Shown piece after piece: positions 50,268 through 60,311 of a DNA stretch of 64,000 bases. The translations under genes and the position numbers were made by a program. Origin of the DNA: an uncultured Desulfarculus sp. (GTDB taxonomy: Bacteria; Desulfobacterota; Desulfarculia; Desulfarculales; Desulfarculaceae); contig CAXXUK010000001.1 of the NCBI GenBank assembly GCA_963665125.2, forward strand, positions 640,001 to 704,000. The letters run 5' to 3'. The notes under the pieces were generated by a model. That model made no database searches, was not told the DNA's origin, and saw only the letters and a list, made by a program, of their open reading frames with translations. Every line of letters starts with the position of its first letter. The stretch's first letter is position 1.

Positions 50268-51638
50268 TTACGGCATCCCCCCGCTGACACGCATGATTTG
50301 GCCGGTGAGATATTTGCCTGAATCTCCGGCTATAAAATTTATTGTTTCGGTGAGGTCTTCCGCCTCACCCATTTTTTTCATGGGGATTTCTTCGGCCACT
50401 TCGTCCTGCTTGGCTTTTTGCAGGGCGGAGGGGCGGATGGTTCTGATGAATCCCGGAACAATACAGTTCACGGTTGTCTGGGAGCAAGCCAGGGACCTGG
50501 CAAAGACGCCGGTCATGGCCTGGGCTCCGGCCTTGACGCTCTCAAAACGGATTTGATCGGCAAACTGGTCCCAAGCCCATGGCGCGATGAATATGATTCG
50601 CCCGTAGGAGCGGTTGGTAAAAGCGTTTGCCAGGAAGGCTCCCATTTGGTGGGCCAGGCTCAGGTTGCCCTCCAAGGCCAAACCGGCCCGCTGGGAATGC
50701 TGCTCCTCTCCCAAATAGCCGGCCCCGAAATCCTGGATATACACATCGATTTGACCGTGCTCCCTTTCTATTTTCTCGAACAGCTCGGGGGTCATCGGGC
50801 CGTGCTCCCTGGCGTGGACAACCTTTGCCTTGGCCGCGTCGAAACCGGCGCCATAGGCCCTCAAGGTTGTTTCGTCAGGGTCTTGGTTGAAGTGGCAGAC
50901 AACATCCATTCCCCGGCTGATGGCAAAACTTGAGGCGCAAAGGCCCAGGAATGTCGAACCGTTGACAATGAGGGCCTTCTTGCCGGCCAAATTGGATGGG
51001 CCCAGGTCGATTAGGGCCTGTTTTTCCGGCGTCGGCATCAGGCCGTTGAAAAGAACGTCGAGGATTGTCTGCTCGGCTTCCAGTTTGGAAACATGGCCTC
51101 TCAAGTCCCAGCGCTTCAGGACCCATGAGTCGACCATGATCTTGATCAGGTTGGCGACCAGGCGGGCCTGGCAGGGCCGCAGCAGGCCTTGGCTGATGCA
51201 TTCGCTCACTGCGCGTTCGAACATCTGCACATGCTCGTGTTCTTTTTGCAGGAATTTGCCAAGGTATGGCCGCTGTTGGATGTGACCCTCTTGATACAGG
51301 AGCATGATCGCATCGGCCCATTTGTCCATCAGGGTGAATTCGGCGCGGACCATGCGTTTCAATTTGTCGAGGGGGTTGGGCTGGTTTTCGGCCGCCTTGC
51401 CAAGCTCCTCGAAGATCATGTTGCACATGAATTCATGGATCAAATAGAAGATGTCGTCTTTTGATCCAATATAATCATATATATTTCCGTAGCTTATCCC
51501 AGCTTCCTTGGTGAGCATCCGCAGGGTGGTCTGATGGAATCCCTTTTGGGAGAAAAGCTTGATCGCCGCCAGGACAATCTGCTCCCGCCGCTGTTCCACC
51601 AGTTGCTTGTTTTTTATGGTAGTGGGTACTTCGTTCAT
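50268..51638 (-). CDS. TetR regulator fused to degenerate SDR (FabG-like) domain
   Basis: TetR HTH at N-terminus; C-terminal TVNCIVPGFIRT...YLTGQIMRVSGG. Confidence 0.8.
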   Translation of the reverse strand: MNEVPTTIKNKQLVEQRREQIVLAAIKLFSQKGFHQTTLRMLTKEAGISYGNIYDYIGSKDDIFYLIHEFMCNMIFEELGKAAENQPNPLDKLKRMVRAEFTLMDKWADAIMLLYQEGHIQQRPYLGKFLQKEHEHVQMFERAVSECISQGLLRPCQARLVANLIKIMVDSWVLKRWDLRGHVSKLEAEQTILDVLFNGLMPTPEKQALIDLGPSNLAGKKALIVNGSTFLGLCASSFAISRGMDVVCHFNQDPDETTLRAYGAGFDAAKAKVVHAREHGPMTPELFEKIEREHGQIDVYIQDFGAGYLGEEQHSQRAGLALEGNLSLAHQMGAFLANAFTNRSYGRIIFIAPWAWDQFADQIRFESVKAGAQAMTGVFARSLACSQTTVNCIVPGFIRTIRPSALQKAKQDEVAEEIPMKKMGEAEDLTETINFIAGDSGKYLTGQIMRVSGGMP

Positions 51639-51890
51639 AATAATTCCGATTCATCGGTCGTAATCCGATCGTACAGTCATAATGACCTGGACATGAATCG
51701 ATGTCAATGGGATTTTGGGGAGGGAGCTGTCCTATGGCTGCTATTGGAGGTGGTGGGACGACCAACGAAAAAACAAGTAGATACCAATGCCGTCGGTCGC
51801 TAGTACTGGTTAACAATTGGATTTTTAATGATATTTTATTGCCAAATAATGATTATGTTAGTATTTTGTCTGGATCAAATATAAATATAG

Positions 51891-51904
51891 AACAAACGTT
51901 CGTT
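51891..51904. promoter_or_regulatory. Candidate TetR operator
   Basis: aacaaacgttcgtt near-palindrome (12/14) in the divergent intergenic region. Confidence 0.4.
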
Positions 51905-51980
51905 AGCTGTTAAAGATAAAGAGCCCAAATCCACGGCAGACGGAACTACCTGAGAATGGAAAACAACAGGGGAAATAATT

Positions 51981-53552
51981 GTGAGTGAAAATATCCGCCC
52001 AGAACTGGTCGCTTTACGCAATCTTCAATCGCGAACCCTGGATGAGGGGCGTTCGCAAGCAACCGCAAAACGTCATGGTTTGGGATACCGGACCGCGCGG
52101 GAAAATTTAAACGATCTGGTAGACGACGGGTCCTTCTTTGAATACGGACAGCTGGCGGTGGCAGCCCAGAGAAACCGTTACAAATATGATGACCTGCTAA
52201 TCAATACGGCGGCGGACGGTGTGATCACCGGTGTGGCCACCATCAACCGGCAACAGTTTGGAACGGAAAAGAGCCAGGCCGCGGTTGTGGTATACGACTA
52301 CTCCGTGCTGGCCGGCACCCAGGGGTTTTTCCATCACAAAAAGCTGGACCGGATCTTTCACTTGGCCGAGGATATGAAGCTGCCGGTCATCATGTACACC
52401 GAAGGCGGGGGCGGTCGTCCCGGAGATACGGACGTCACGACCCTGGTCGCCGGCCTTAACTACACGACCTTTTACGTTTGGGCCAAACTCAGCGGCATTG
52501 TCCCGCGCATAGCCATCAACAACGGGTATTGCTTCGCTGGAAACGCGGCTCTGTTCGGCTGCGCCGATATTACCATCGCGACCAAGACTTCCTGGATCGG
52601 GATGGCCGGTCCGGCGATGATCGAAGGGGGCGGCCTGGGCAAGTGCGCACCCACGGAAATCGGGCCCATCGACGTGCAGTCCAAAAACGGCGTGGTGGAT
52701 ATAGTGGCCGAGGACGAAGCCGAGGCCACCGCCATTGCTCAAAAGGTTCTGGGTTATTTCCAGGGCCCCATCGAAGAGTGGTCATGCGCCGACCAGAAAA
52801 AGCTCCGGGACGTCGTACCGGAAAACAGGCGGAGGGCCTACCCCGTACGCAAGGGTATTGAACTGTTGGCCGACGAGGGCTCCTTTGTTGAGATAAGAAA
52901 GGCCTATGGGCAGGGAATAGTAACCGGATTTATTCGGCTGGAAGGAAAACCCGTCGGCTTGATTGCCAATAACACCATGCACCTCGGCGGAGCGGTTGAC
53001 GCTGAAGCCGCTGAAAAGGCGTCGCGTTTTCTGCAGCTTTGCGATGCTTTTGATCTGCCGATTTTGTCCCTTACGGATACGCCGGGATTCATGGTTGGGC
53101 CGGAAAGCGAAACCCAGGCGGCCGTACGCCGGATGTCCAGCCTTTTTGTCTCATTCGCCAGTGTATCGGTTCCCGTTGTCGCCGTTATATTGCGCAAGGG
53201 CTATGGCCTTGGCGCCATGGCGATGACCGGTGGCAGCTTCCTGACGCCAAATTATATTGTCGCCTGGCCCACGGGAGAGGTCGGCGGCATGGGCCTGGAA
53301 GGCGCCGTAACCCTCGGCTTTAGAAAAGAACTGGAAGCCGTTGCGGATGAAGATGAGCGGCAAGCGCTGTTCAACGAGCTTGTGGCCAAGATGTATGAAA
53401 TCGGCAAAGCCACCGAAGCGGGCGCATATTTGGAGATAGACGGTGTCATCGACCCTGCCGATACTCGGTCTGTTGTCCTGAAAGCGATCGACGCCGCCAC
53501 CCACGGCAATATTAAAAATCGCCAACGCCGCAATTTTGTCGACACCTGGTAA
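51981..53552 (+). CDS. Acyl-CoA carboxyltransferase (stand-alone CT domain)
   Basis: DYSVLAGTQG, EGGGGRPGD, DTPGFMVG, EIDGVIDPADTR. Confidence 0.85.
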   Translation: MSENIRPELVALRNLQSRTLDEGRSQATAKRHGLGYRTARENLNDLVDDGSFFEYGQLAVAAQRNRYKYDDLLINTAADGVITGVATINRQQFGTEKSQAAVVVYDYSVLAGTQGFFHHKKLDRIFHLAEDMKLPVIMYTEGGGGRPGDTDVTTLVAGLNYTTFYVWAKLSGIVPRIAINNGYCFAGNAALFGCADITIATKTSWIGMAGPAMIEGGGLGKCAPTEIGPIDVQSKNGVVDIVAEDEAEATAIAQKVLGYFQGPIEEWSCADQKKLRDVVPENRRRAYPVRKGIELLADEGSFVEIRKAYGQGIVTGFIRLEGKPVGLIANNTMHLGGAVDAEAAEKASRFLQLCDAFDLPILSLTDTPGFMVGPESETQAAVRRMSSLFVSFASVSVPVVAVILRKGYGLGAMAMTGGSFLTPNYIVAWPTGEVGGMGLEGAVTLGFRKELEAVADEDERQALFNELVAKMYEIGKATEAGAYLEIDGVIDPADTRSVVLKAIDAATHGNIKNRQRRNFVDTW

Positions 53553-54146
53553 ACGGCCGACATCATTGTTCGTGGATAGTGGGGCCCAGGTTCGCGAATG
53601 CCGGAAAATTTACGCGCAAGATAATCCGCATTCGCAACATGGCGCCCCATGTGTATTTCAGCCGTGCTTCGTGCCGTGTTTGAGTTGCTTGAGGTGGACT
53701 GGCAAACGCAATAGGCCGAGCTGCCGATACCGTTATCCTGGCAAACGTGCCCGGTCGTCCGGCACGCTTTCACTTCAAAATCATGTCTTTCCGGTTCTCG
53801 CAGAATCGGGTCTTCTTCATCAAGTGGATTCCGCCCCACTGGCTGCGTTTTTCCTGAAGGCTCTCCATTATCGGTGGACCTTTTACGGGATGGCTGCAAT
53901 CGCATTCCAAGCTTTACATTCACACATGGGAAATGATAGAAAAAATACAGTCTAAGTTTGAGATGTGTCTGTCAAATGATATTGATGGTAAAATATATCC
54001 GTAAAAATATAACCGCATTGTGTTGACCAACGTTTAATTGCGACGGCTATCCGAGGCGAGAGACATCAAATCGTAACTATTTGAATTCCCCATGCATGGG
54101 GACACAAAATGATCATAAATGACTATTCATATTTGCGAGGAAAAGG

Positions 54147-55232
54147 ATGACTCAAGACATCTACCAGAGACTGCGTGAAAGACTTGATGAATATGCCCTG
54201 GGTTTTCCGGCAACCAAATCCGGCGTTGAAATCAAACTGCTGCAACGGATGTTTACGGAAAAAGAGGCGGAGATTTACCTGAGCCTGAGCCGTGGCCTGG
54301 AACCGGCCAACGTGATTGCCGAACGCGCCGGCTATAGCGTCGAGGAGGCCACCGAACTCCTGGAATCCATGACGGCCAAGGGCGCGACCCTCCCAACCAA
54401 AAGGGACGGCATAAGACTGTATTCCGCCGCGCCCTTCATGCATGGCTTTTATGAAAACAACGCCTGGATGCAAGACGACAAGGAATTGGCCGAACTGATG
54501 GACGCCTATCTGCTCGGTGGATTCCAGGCCAGGGGCAAAGCGCTTCGGACCATCCCGGTCAATGCCAGCATAAAAGATGAAAGATCAGTCGCCCTGTTCG
54601 ACGATGTGATCAAAATCATTGAATCCAAAGAGCGCATCGGTGTGATGCCCTGCCCATGCAACATGCATATGCAGGTTTTGGGTAGTGAGTGCGAAAGGCC
54701 CAGGGAAGTTTGCATCGGCTTTGACTTTTACGCGGAATACTGCATCGAGGGCCTGGGCATGGGCCGCTGGATCGACCGTGAAGAGGCGCTGGAAATCGTT
54801 AAAAAGGCCGACGCGGCGGGACTGGTCCACCAGACCGGCGGAGACACCATGAGCACCGAGTGCGTATGCAACTGCTGCCCTGACTGCTGTACTTCTCTAA
54901 GAACTATAAAATTGTATGCCGCCCCGGCCAAAATCGCCGGTTCCAACTATCACGCCCAGTTGTCCGAAGACGACTGCACCCAGTGCGAAACCTGCGTCGG
55001 CCGGTGCCCCATGGGAGCCTTGACCATGGGCGACGATGCATTGTCACTGAATTTGGACCGTTGTATTGGATGCGGCCTGTGCACTACCGGCTGTCCGGTA
55101 GGCGCCATTACGCTGGTGCAGAAAGACCCGGAGCGCCTGACCGGGCCACTCCCGCCGGGCAAAGCCATCTTCATGAGGCCCTCGCGCGATTTTGAAGAAG
55201 ACATCCAGAAGTGGGTGGGTAAAAAAGGTTAA
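54147..55232 (+). CDS. Multi-Fe-S protein (N-terminal wHTH-like region, CNCCxxCC, 2x[4Fe-4S])
   Basis: CPC...C...C, CVCNCCPDCC, two CxxCxxCxxxCP motifs. Confidence 0.8.
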   Translation: MTQDIYQRLRERLDEYALGFPATKSGVEIKLLQRMFTEKEAEIYLSLSRGLEPANVIAERAGYSVEEATELLESMTAKGATLPTKRDGIRLYSAAPFMHGFYENNAWMQDDKELAELMDAYLLGGFQARGKALRTIPVNASIKDERSVALFDDVIKIIESKERIGVMPCPCNMHMQVLGSECERPREVCIGFDFYAEYCIEGLGMGRWIDREEALEIVKKADAAGLVHQTGGDTMSTECVCNCCPDCCTSLRTIKLYAAPAKIAGSNYHAQLSEDDCTQCETCVGRCPMGALTMGDDALSLNLDRCIGCGLCTTGCPVGAITLVQKDPERLTGPLPPGKAIFMRPSRDFEEDIQKWVGKKG

Positions 55233-55414
55233 ATCACATTGGTTGAATGCTTTGCCGATCGTCTTGTGTACCAAGATGTATTCCCGGCGATCGGAGAGCG
55301 GCCAAGACGCAAGTACGTTAACTGGGCCAGCCGGTTTCGGCCGGCCCAGTTGTCACGATAAGGACCACCCAGGGCCGCTACCGCCACGGGCATATCTTTA
55401 CGGGCCGCCTTGCA

Positions 55415-55443
55415 TTGACTAACCTTTTAGGTTCCAATATAAT
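55415..55443 (+). promoter_or_regulatory. Near-consensus sigma70 promoter
   Basis: TTGACT-N17-TATAAT. Confidence 0.8.
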
Positions 55444-55449
55444 TTTTCA

Positions 55450-55607
55450 AATTCGCCAAATGAATTTGGATACAACTTGCTGAATTAATACCGTCTCTTG
55501 GGACACTCGGTTTCCCCGCGCGATTTCTTTCAATGCTGAGCGGGGAACCCCCAAATTGAAACCGGTCACGAAGACCACCTTTCCATTTCGGAGGGGTGGT
55601 TTTTTTG
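55450..55607 (+). ncRNA. Candidate structured leader RNA/riboswitch or sRNA ending in an intrinsic terminator
   Basis: Lies between the promoter and an accacctttcc/ggaggggtggt + T-run terminator; long stem, loop-tail complementarity. Confidence 0.5.
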
Positions 55608-55687
55608 TCCCAAGATCAGCAAGCCATGTTGGTGTGATTTGCGTTGACCATGTTTGGAAAAGCCGCCCGCAACTCGGGAGGGGATCA

Positions 55688-56695
55688 GTGATCAAGTGCA
55701 TTAATTCCGTCGCGACTAACGACATTTCTTCCCAAATGCCGCTAAATTGTGGAACTCCCGCTGCCATTGATGGCCGAGAGAGGTCTTTCCACGAGGAAAT
55801 TAATTTCAAGTCGGGCCACTGGATGGTGATGACCCGGCAAACGCGCGGCCAAGGTCTGCGAATGCCTTTTGACCAGGACCAGGCTCCGGTATGCTTCTGC
55901 TACAACCTTGCGCAAACGGCCCGCTGCACCGTGCAAAACGGCGGCAAGGAAAAAATGGCCTTTGAACGCAAGGCAGGGGACGGCGTACTGGCCTATCTGC
56001 CAAAAAGCCGCGGCATTCTGGAATCGGCCAGCGGCGAAAACGTCTTGGGCATATCACTCTACTTTCCCCTTGAAAACTTCTTGGAAATGTTTGGTGCAAG
56101 CAGTGATTTGCTTGGCTCCATTCGCGCTTGGGCCACTGGTGATGGCGCCAACCCGGCGTTTTATCACCAATCCCGATTCGACTCCGAAACCAGGTTGGTG
56201 CTGTGGCAAATTTTGCAATGCCCTTATGCCGGAAAAGCACGTGAATTGTTCATGGAGGCAAAGGCCCTTGAATTGGCGGCCCTCAAGCTGGCCGAACTGG
56301 ACCCGTACAGCCGCGGAGATGCCGAAGAGCCATGCGGGCGCGTGATGGAACAGGTGCGCCAGGCTCACCAAATTTTGGTGGAACGGATGGATGCCCCCCC
56401 GGATCTGAACCAACTCGGTCGCATGGTGGGACTCAACCGTAACAAGCTCAACAGCGGCTTTAAAGAACTTTACGGTGACACTGTCTTTAATATCCTGCGC
56501 AACGCCAGGTTGGACAAGGCTCGCGCCCTTTTACGGCATTCCGAGTTGAGCCTGGTGGATATCGCCTATGCCATCGGTTATAACAGCCAAGCCAACTTCA
56601 CCACCGCCTTTCGACGCCGGTTTGGTCAATCGCCGAACATGGTGCGCAAATTCGGTCTGTCTCAGGCGGGAGCAAAGCAAATTTCCCTGAATTGA
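55688..56695 (+). CDS. AraC-family regulator (PchR/YbtA-like)
   Basis: ELFMEAKALEL, LNSGFKELYGDTV, AIGYNSQANFTTAFRRRFG; GTG 55688 after GGAGG. Confidence 0.85.
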   Translation: MIKCINSVATNDISSQMPLNCGTPAAIDGRERSFHEEINFKSGHWMVMTRQTRGQGLRMPFDQDQAPVCFCYNLAQTARCTVQNGGKEKMAFERKAGDGVLAYLPKSRGILESASGENVLGISLYFPLENFLEMFGASSDLLGSIRAWATGDGANPAFYHQSRFDSETRLVLWQILQCPYAGKARELFMEAKALELAALKLAELDPYSRGDAEEPCGRVMEQVRQAHQILVERMDAPPDLNQLGRMVGLNRNKLNSGFKELYGDTVFNILRNARLDKARALLRHSELSLVDIAYAIGYNSQANFTTAFRRRFGQSPNMVRKFGLSQAGAKQISLN

Positions 56696-56862
56696 TGCTC
56701 ACCCCGCGACAAATCGTGCATTTCTCAAAAGCAGCCGTGCGCCGTTCATAATACAAATCCGCCTTTTTAGCCTATCAATCATAACAAGTCCTTATACCCG
56801 GTTGCCACGCCGACCGGGACGGGGCGTTGCCGTATTCCACCAGGAAAATGCAAGGTTATGTA

Positions 56863-58140
56863 ATGAAGGCTTTTTCGCTGACAGGCATCCCCAATAAATC
56901 GGTTTCAGGAACTTCGAACAAGTTGTGTCTTCTTTTGGTGATGTATTTGTCACAGAGAATTTTTCTCTGCTTCTCTTGGACTCTTTTTCCCATTGTTTTA
57001 CGCCAGCAAGGAGCCAGCCTCGGCACCATTGGTTTTTCAGCCCTTGTCTATTGCCCGTGGGCCCTTAAGTTCACCTATGCCTCATTGATAGACCGTAAAA
57101 AAGGCGGGCGTATGGGGCGTAGAAAAAGCTGGATAGTCCCACTGCTATTAGTTTCGATATTTATCATGCCGCTATTGGTGTTTTTTTCACCGGGAGGTGA
57201 TTTGGCCGCGATTTTAGCTGTGGTTACTCTGCTTAATTTTGTGTTCGCGACCATTGATATAGCAGTGGATGGTTATGCGACGGACATCCTGACACCGGAA
57301 GAACGGCCTTGGGGAAACACCATTCAGACAACTGGATATGTCTTGGGGTATATGCTGGGATCCGGGGTGTTTTTAATCGTCTATCAGCACCTTGGGTGGC
57401 AGGCCACTGTGTTGCTGATGACGGTTGTACAGGTCGTTTTACTGGTTCCGATTCTTCTGCACCGTGAACTTCCCGCCATTTATCCCGCCGGGATCGAAGA
57501 TGTTGGTCAGTTTGCGGCAGCCGGCAAACCAAAAGTATGGCCGTTGCTGCGGCAACCAAACACGGCGTGGTTTTTTGTGTTCGCCGGTTTTTTAATGGTA
57601 TTGGACCAAGGCGGCCTGCAACTGCGATTGCCCATGCTGGTTGACATAGGTTTGAATCCTGCTGGGTTCGGTCAGCTAAATATTTGGTTCGGCTCGCCTT
57701 TGTGCATTGTTGGGGCAGCCGTGGGCGGTGCGCTATTGGCAAAATTGGGCGGAAGGCCGGTTTGCGCCTTGTGTTGCTTGGGCGTGGCGGGGCTTAGCAT
57801 TTTCTCGGCATATGTCTCGCAAGGGGCGTCCGAAAGCAACTGGCCGATAGCGTTAATGATCGGGGCTGAAAAGCTTTTCGCGGGCATAATAATCACTTTT
57901 ATTTCAAGCGTAATCATGAATATCAGCGTGGGCCCTCAATCGGCTACGAATTACGCCGTTCTGGGCAGCTTGGTGCAACTGGTGCAATTCGCGGTTATGC
58001 CTGCCGCCGGTATGATCTGCGAGTTAATCGGGTATTTCGACCTGTATATGTCTTTGTCTGTTTTCGGCATCATAACCCTTTTCATGGGGGATTACATTTT
58101 ACGAAACCGCCTGATGTCAAGTTGCGTTTTCAATAAATAA
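56863..58140 (+). CDS. MFS transporter, AmpG/FptX/YbtX-like
   Basis: PWALKF...GRRKSW, ATIDIAVDG. Confidence 0.85.
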   Translation: MKAFSLTGIPNKSVSGTSNKLCLLLVMYLSQRIFLCFSWTLFPIVLRQQGASLGTIGFSALVYCPWALKFTYASLIDRKKGGRMGRRKSWIVPLLLVSIFIMPLLVFFSPGGDLAAILAVVTLLNFVFATIDIAVDGYATDILTPEERPWGNTIQTTGYVLGYMLGSGVFLIVYQHLGWQATVLLMTVVQVVLLVPILLHRELPAIYPAGIEDVGQFAAAGKPKVWPLLRQPNTAWFFVFAGFLMVLDQGGLQLRLPMLVDIGLNPAGFGQLNIWFGSPLCIVGAAVGGALLAKLGGRPVCALCCLGVAGLSIFSAYVSQGASESNWPIALMIGAEKLFAGIIITFISSVIMNISVGPQSATNYAVLGSLVQLVQFAVMPAAGMICELIGYFDLYMSLSVFGIITLFMGDYILRNRLMSSCVFNK

Positions 58141-58183
58141 AGACTGCTATTTATACCTGACAATGCACGTTATGGAGAGTTGT

Positions 58184-60253
58184 ATGCGCACGAAAAGTTG
58201 GCTGCCTGTCCTGATAATGTTGTTGGCAATGTGTACGCAATGTGCTATTTGCCGCGCGGAAACACACGCTTTACAGGAAATAACCGTTACGGCGCAAAAA
58301 TATGAACAAGATCCTCAAAAAGTGCCTATAAGTCTAGATTATTTTTCGGAAGTACAGCTGGAAGAGTCAAAAATCAACAATGTATTTGACCTTCTTGCGT
58401 TCAGCCCCAACACCCACATGATGGAAAGGTCTTGTGAGCACATTGTGGTGATCAGGGGGATATCGCCTTTCCGGGGATGCACGTATTCGCCGGCCGCATT
58501 TTATGTGGACGAGGTTAGCTATCCTTTGCATTACATGCAGAACATCGATCTGTTTGAATTGGAGCGGGCGGAAATACTAAAAGGGCCCCAGGGAACATTG
58601 TACGGCCGCAACGCCGAGTCCGGGGTGATTAGCCTTTTCACCAAGCAGCCTGGAAGCCAAATAAACGGCAGGCTGTCAGCCGAATACGGCAATTACAACA
58701 GCTTCCGCACCGTCGCCGGTGTCAGAGGCCCGGTAGTTGACGATACGCTCTTCTTGGGCTTTTCGGGGTTGTACTATTCAACAAATGGTTATGTCGAAAA
58801 CATAGCCAATGGAGATGATAAGGCCGCTGATAAGGAACACATGGCCGGCAGGATAAACCTGCGTTGGACGCCTTCGGAGTCTTGGGATATATCACTCATG
58901 GCGGATTTCATTGATGCCGATGATCATGGCGCCGAGACACGTATTTTGTCAGGATCGCGGGCGACCGATCCCCACGAAATTCGCAGGGACACCGACGCAT
59001 ACCTGCGGCAGGATTGGAACAGCCAGACCCTGCGCGCCAAGTATGCGAGCGAGAGCATCAAGGTGGTGTCGATTACCAACACGCTTTATCAAACCCTGGA
59101 AAAAGTCAATGACTGCGATCTGTGGGATAATCCGAATAATAAAAGCATCAACCCCAATGAGACAAAGGAGAGACAATACAGCCAGGAACTGCGAGTCTCA
59201 TCAAACTATAATAGTCCCCTGCAATGGCTGGTGGGGGTGTATGGGTTCATCGAAGATTCAAGATTCGATTATCGTTACGAAGTTATTTCCTCGAACATGA
59301 TTTACATGCACCCGGTTACGGATGTTGACACCAATGGTTATGCCGCATTTGGCCAGGCGACATATACAATGTTCGATAATCTTCGTTTTACCGCTGGCGT
59401 ACGCTTTGACCACCAAAGCATGGAAGGCTCCCTCCGCGATGACGTCAAGAAGGTCGGTTACAGCAAGGACCTTGATTTTGACGAGGTGTTGCCCAAGGCC
59501 ACCTTGTCCTGTGACGTCAACCAGGACGTGATGCTCTATGCCTCGGCGGCCAAGGGATATTTGGTTGGCGGCTACAACTGGGGGCTTACCGGTACGCGCG
59601 ATACGTTCTGCTTTGATCCGGAATACACCTGGAACTACGAGGTGGGCTTCAAATCAAACTGGCTTGACCATAGGCTTTTGGTAAACCTGTCTGTTTTCTA
59701 TATTTCAATTGACGATAAACAGGTCTCGGAATTGCATCCCACCATAGCGGCCACCACCATCACCAACGCCGCCGAAGCAACCTCCAAGGGTTTTGAGTTG
59801 CAGGTGCAGGCAAAACCATTTCCCTGGCTGGATATATTCGGCGGCTTTGGATACACCGAAGCCAAGTTCGATAAATTCAACGCCACGGTGTGGAACGACA
59901 CCGGGACCGCTCTCACAACCAAGGATTATGAGGGCAACTACCTGCAATATGCTCCTAAGTACACCTATAACGTCGGCGCGCAATACACGGCGGAGTGGGG
60001 GCTTTTTGTTAGGGCTGATTTGTTGGGCACCGGGCCTTTTTATGGTGACGCCGCCAACAAGGCCGAGCAAAGCTCTTATATGACCGTGAATCTTCAGCTC
60101 GGGTATAAAACTGGCATCATTGATTTCGTCCTATGGACAAAAAACGCCTTTGATGAAGAGTACCTGACGTTCCTTAGTCCGTTTCAACAGACCACGGTGG
60201 GCATTGATGGCCCTCCTCAAACATTTGGCGGCACCTTAACTTATAGATTTTAA
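58184..60253 (+). CDS. TonB-dependent receptor (FyuA-like)
   Basis: TonB box EITVTAQK, EILKGPQGTLYGRNA, C-terminal YRF. Confidence 0.92.
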   Translation: MRTKSWLPVLIMLLAMCTQCAICRAETHALQEITVTAQKYEQDPQKVPISLDYFSEVQLEESKINNVFDLLAFSPNTHMMERSCEHIVVIRGISPFRGCTYSPAAFYVDEVSYPLHYMQNIDLFELERAEILKGPQGTLYGRNAESGVISLFTKQPGSQINGRLSAEYGNYNSFRTVAGVRGPVVDDTLFLGFSGLYYSTNGYVENIANGDDKAADKEHMAGRINLRWTPSESWDISLMADFIDADDHGAETRILSGSRATDPHEIRRDTDAYLRQDWNSQTLRAKYASESIKVVSITNTLYQTLEKVNDCDLWDNPNNKSINPNETKERQYSQELRVSSNYNSPLQWLVGVYGFIEDSRFDYRYEVISSNMIYMHPVTDVDTNGYAAFGQATYTMFDNLRFTAGVRFDHQSMEGSLRDDVKKVGYSKDLDFDEVLPKATLSCDVNQDVMLYASAAKGYLVGGYNWGLTGTRDTFCFDPEYTWNYEVGFKSNWLDHRLLVNLSVFYISIDDKQVSELHPTIAATTITNAAEATSKGFELQVQAKPFPWLDIFGGFGYTEAKFDKFNATVWNDTGTALTTKDYEGNYLQYAPKYTYNVGAQYTAEWGLFVRADLLGTGPFYGDAANKAEQSSYMTVNLQLGYKTGIIDFVLWTKNAFDEEYLTFLSPFQQTTVGIDGPPQTFGGTLTYRF

Positions 60254-60311
60254 TTAATGCTCATTTGGTAAGGCTTGCGCCGGCAATCTTTACCAAACAG
60301 GAGAATTCACC

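Noticed and set aside
51846..51864. Fur-box-like ataatgattat
   Set aside because: Only a half-site match in AT-rich DNA and far from the uptake genes
53252..53955. ORFs of 223 aa (-) and 139 aa (+) after the carboxyltransferase
   Set aside because: No motifs or RBS, atypical composition; likely non-coding or decayed
55556..55687. N-terminal extension of AraC from TTG 55556
   Set aside because: Crosses a terminator and has no RBS; GTG 55688 has GGAGG
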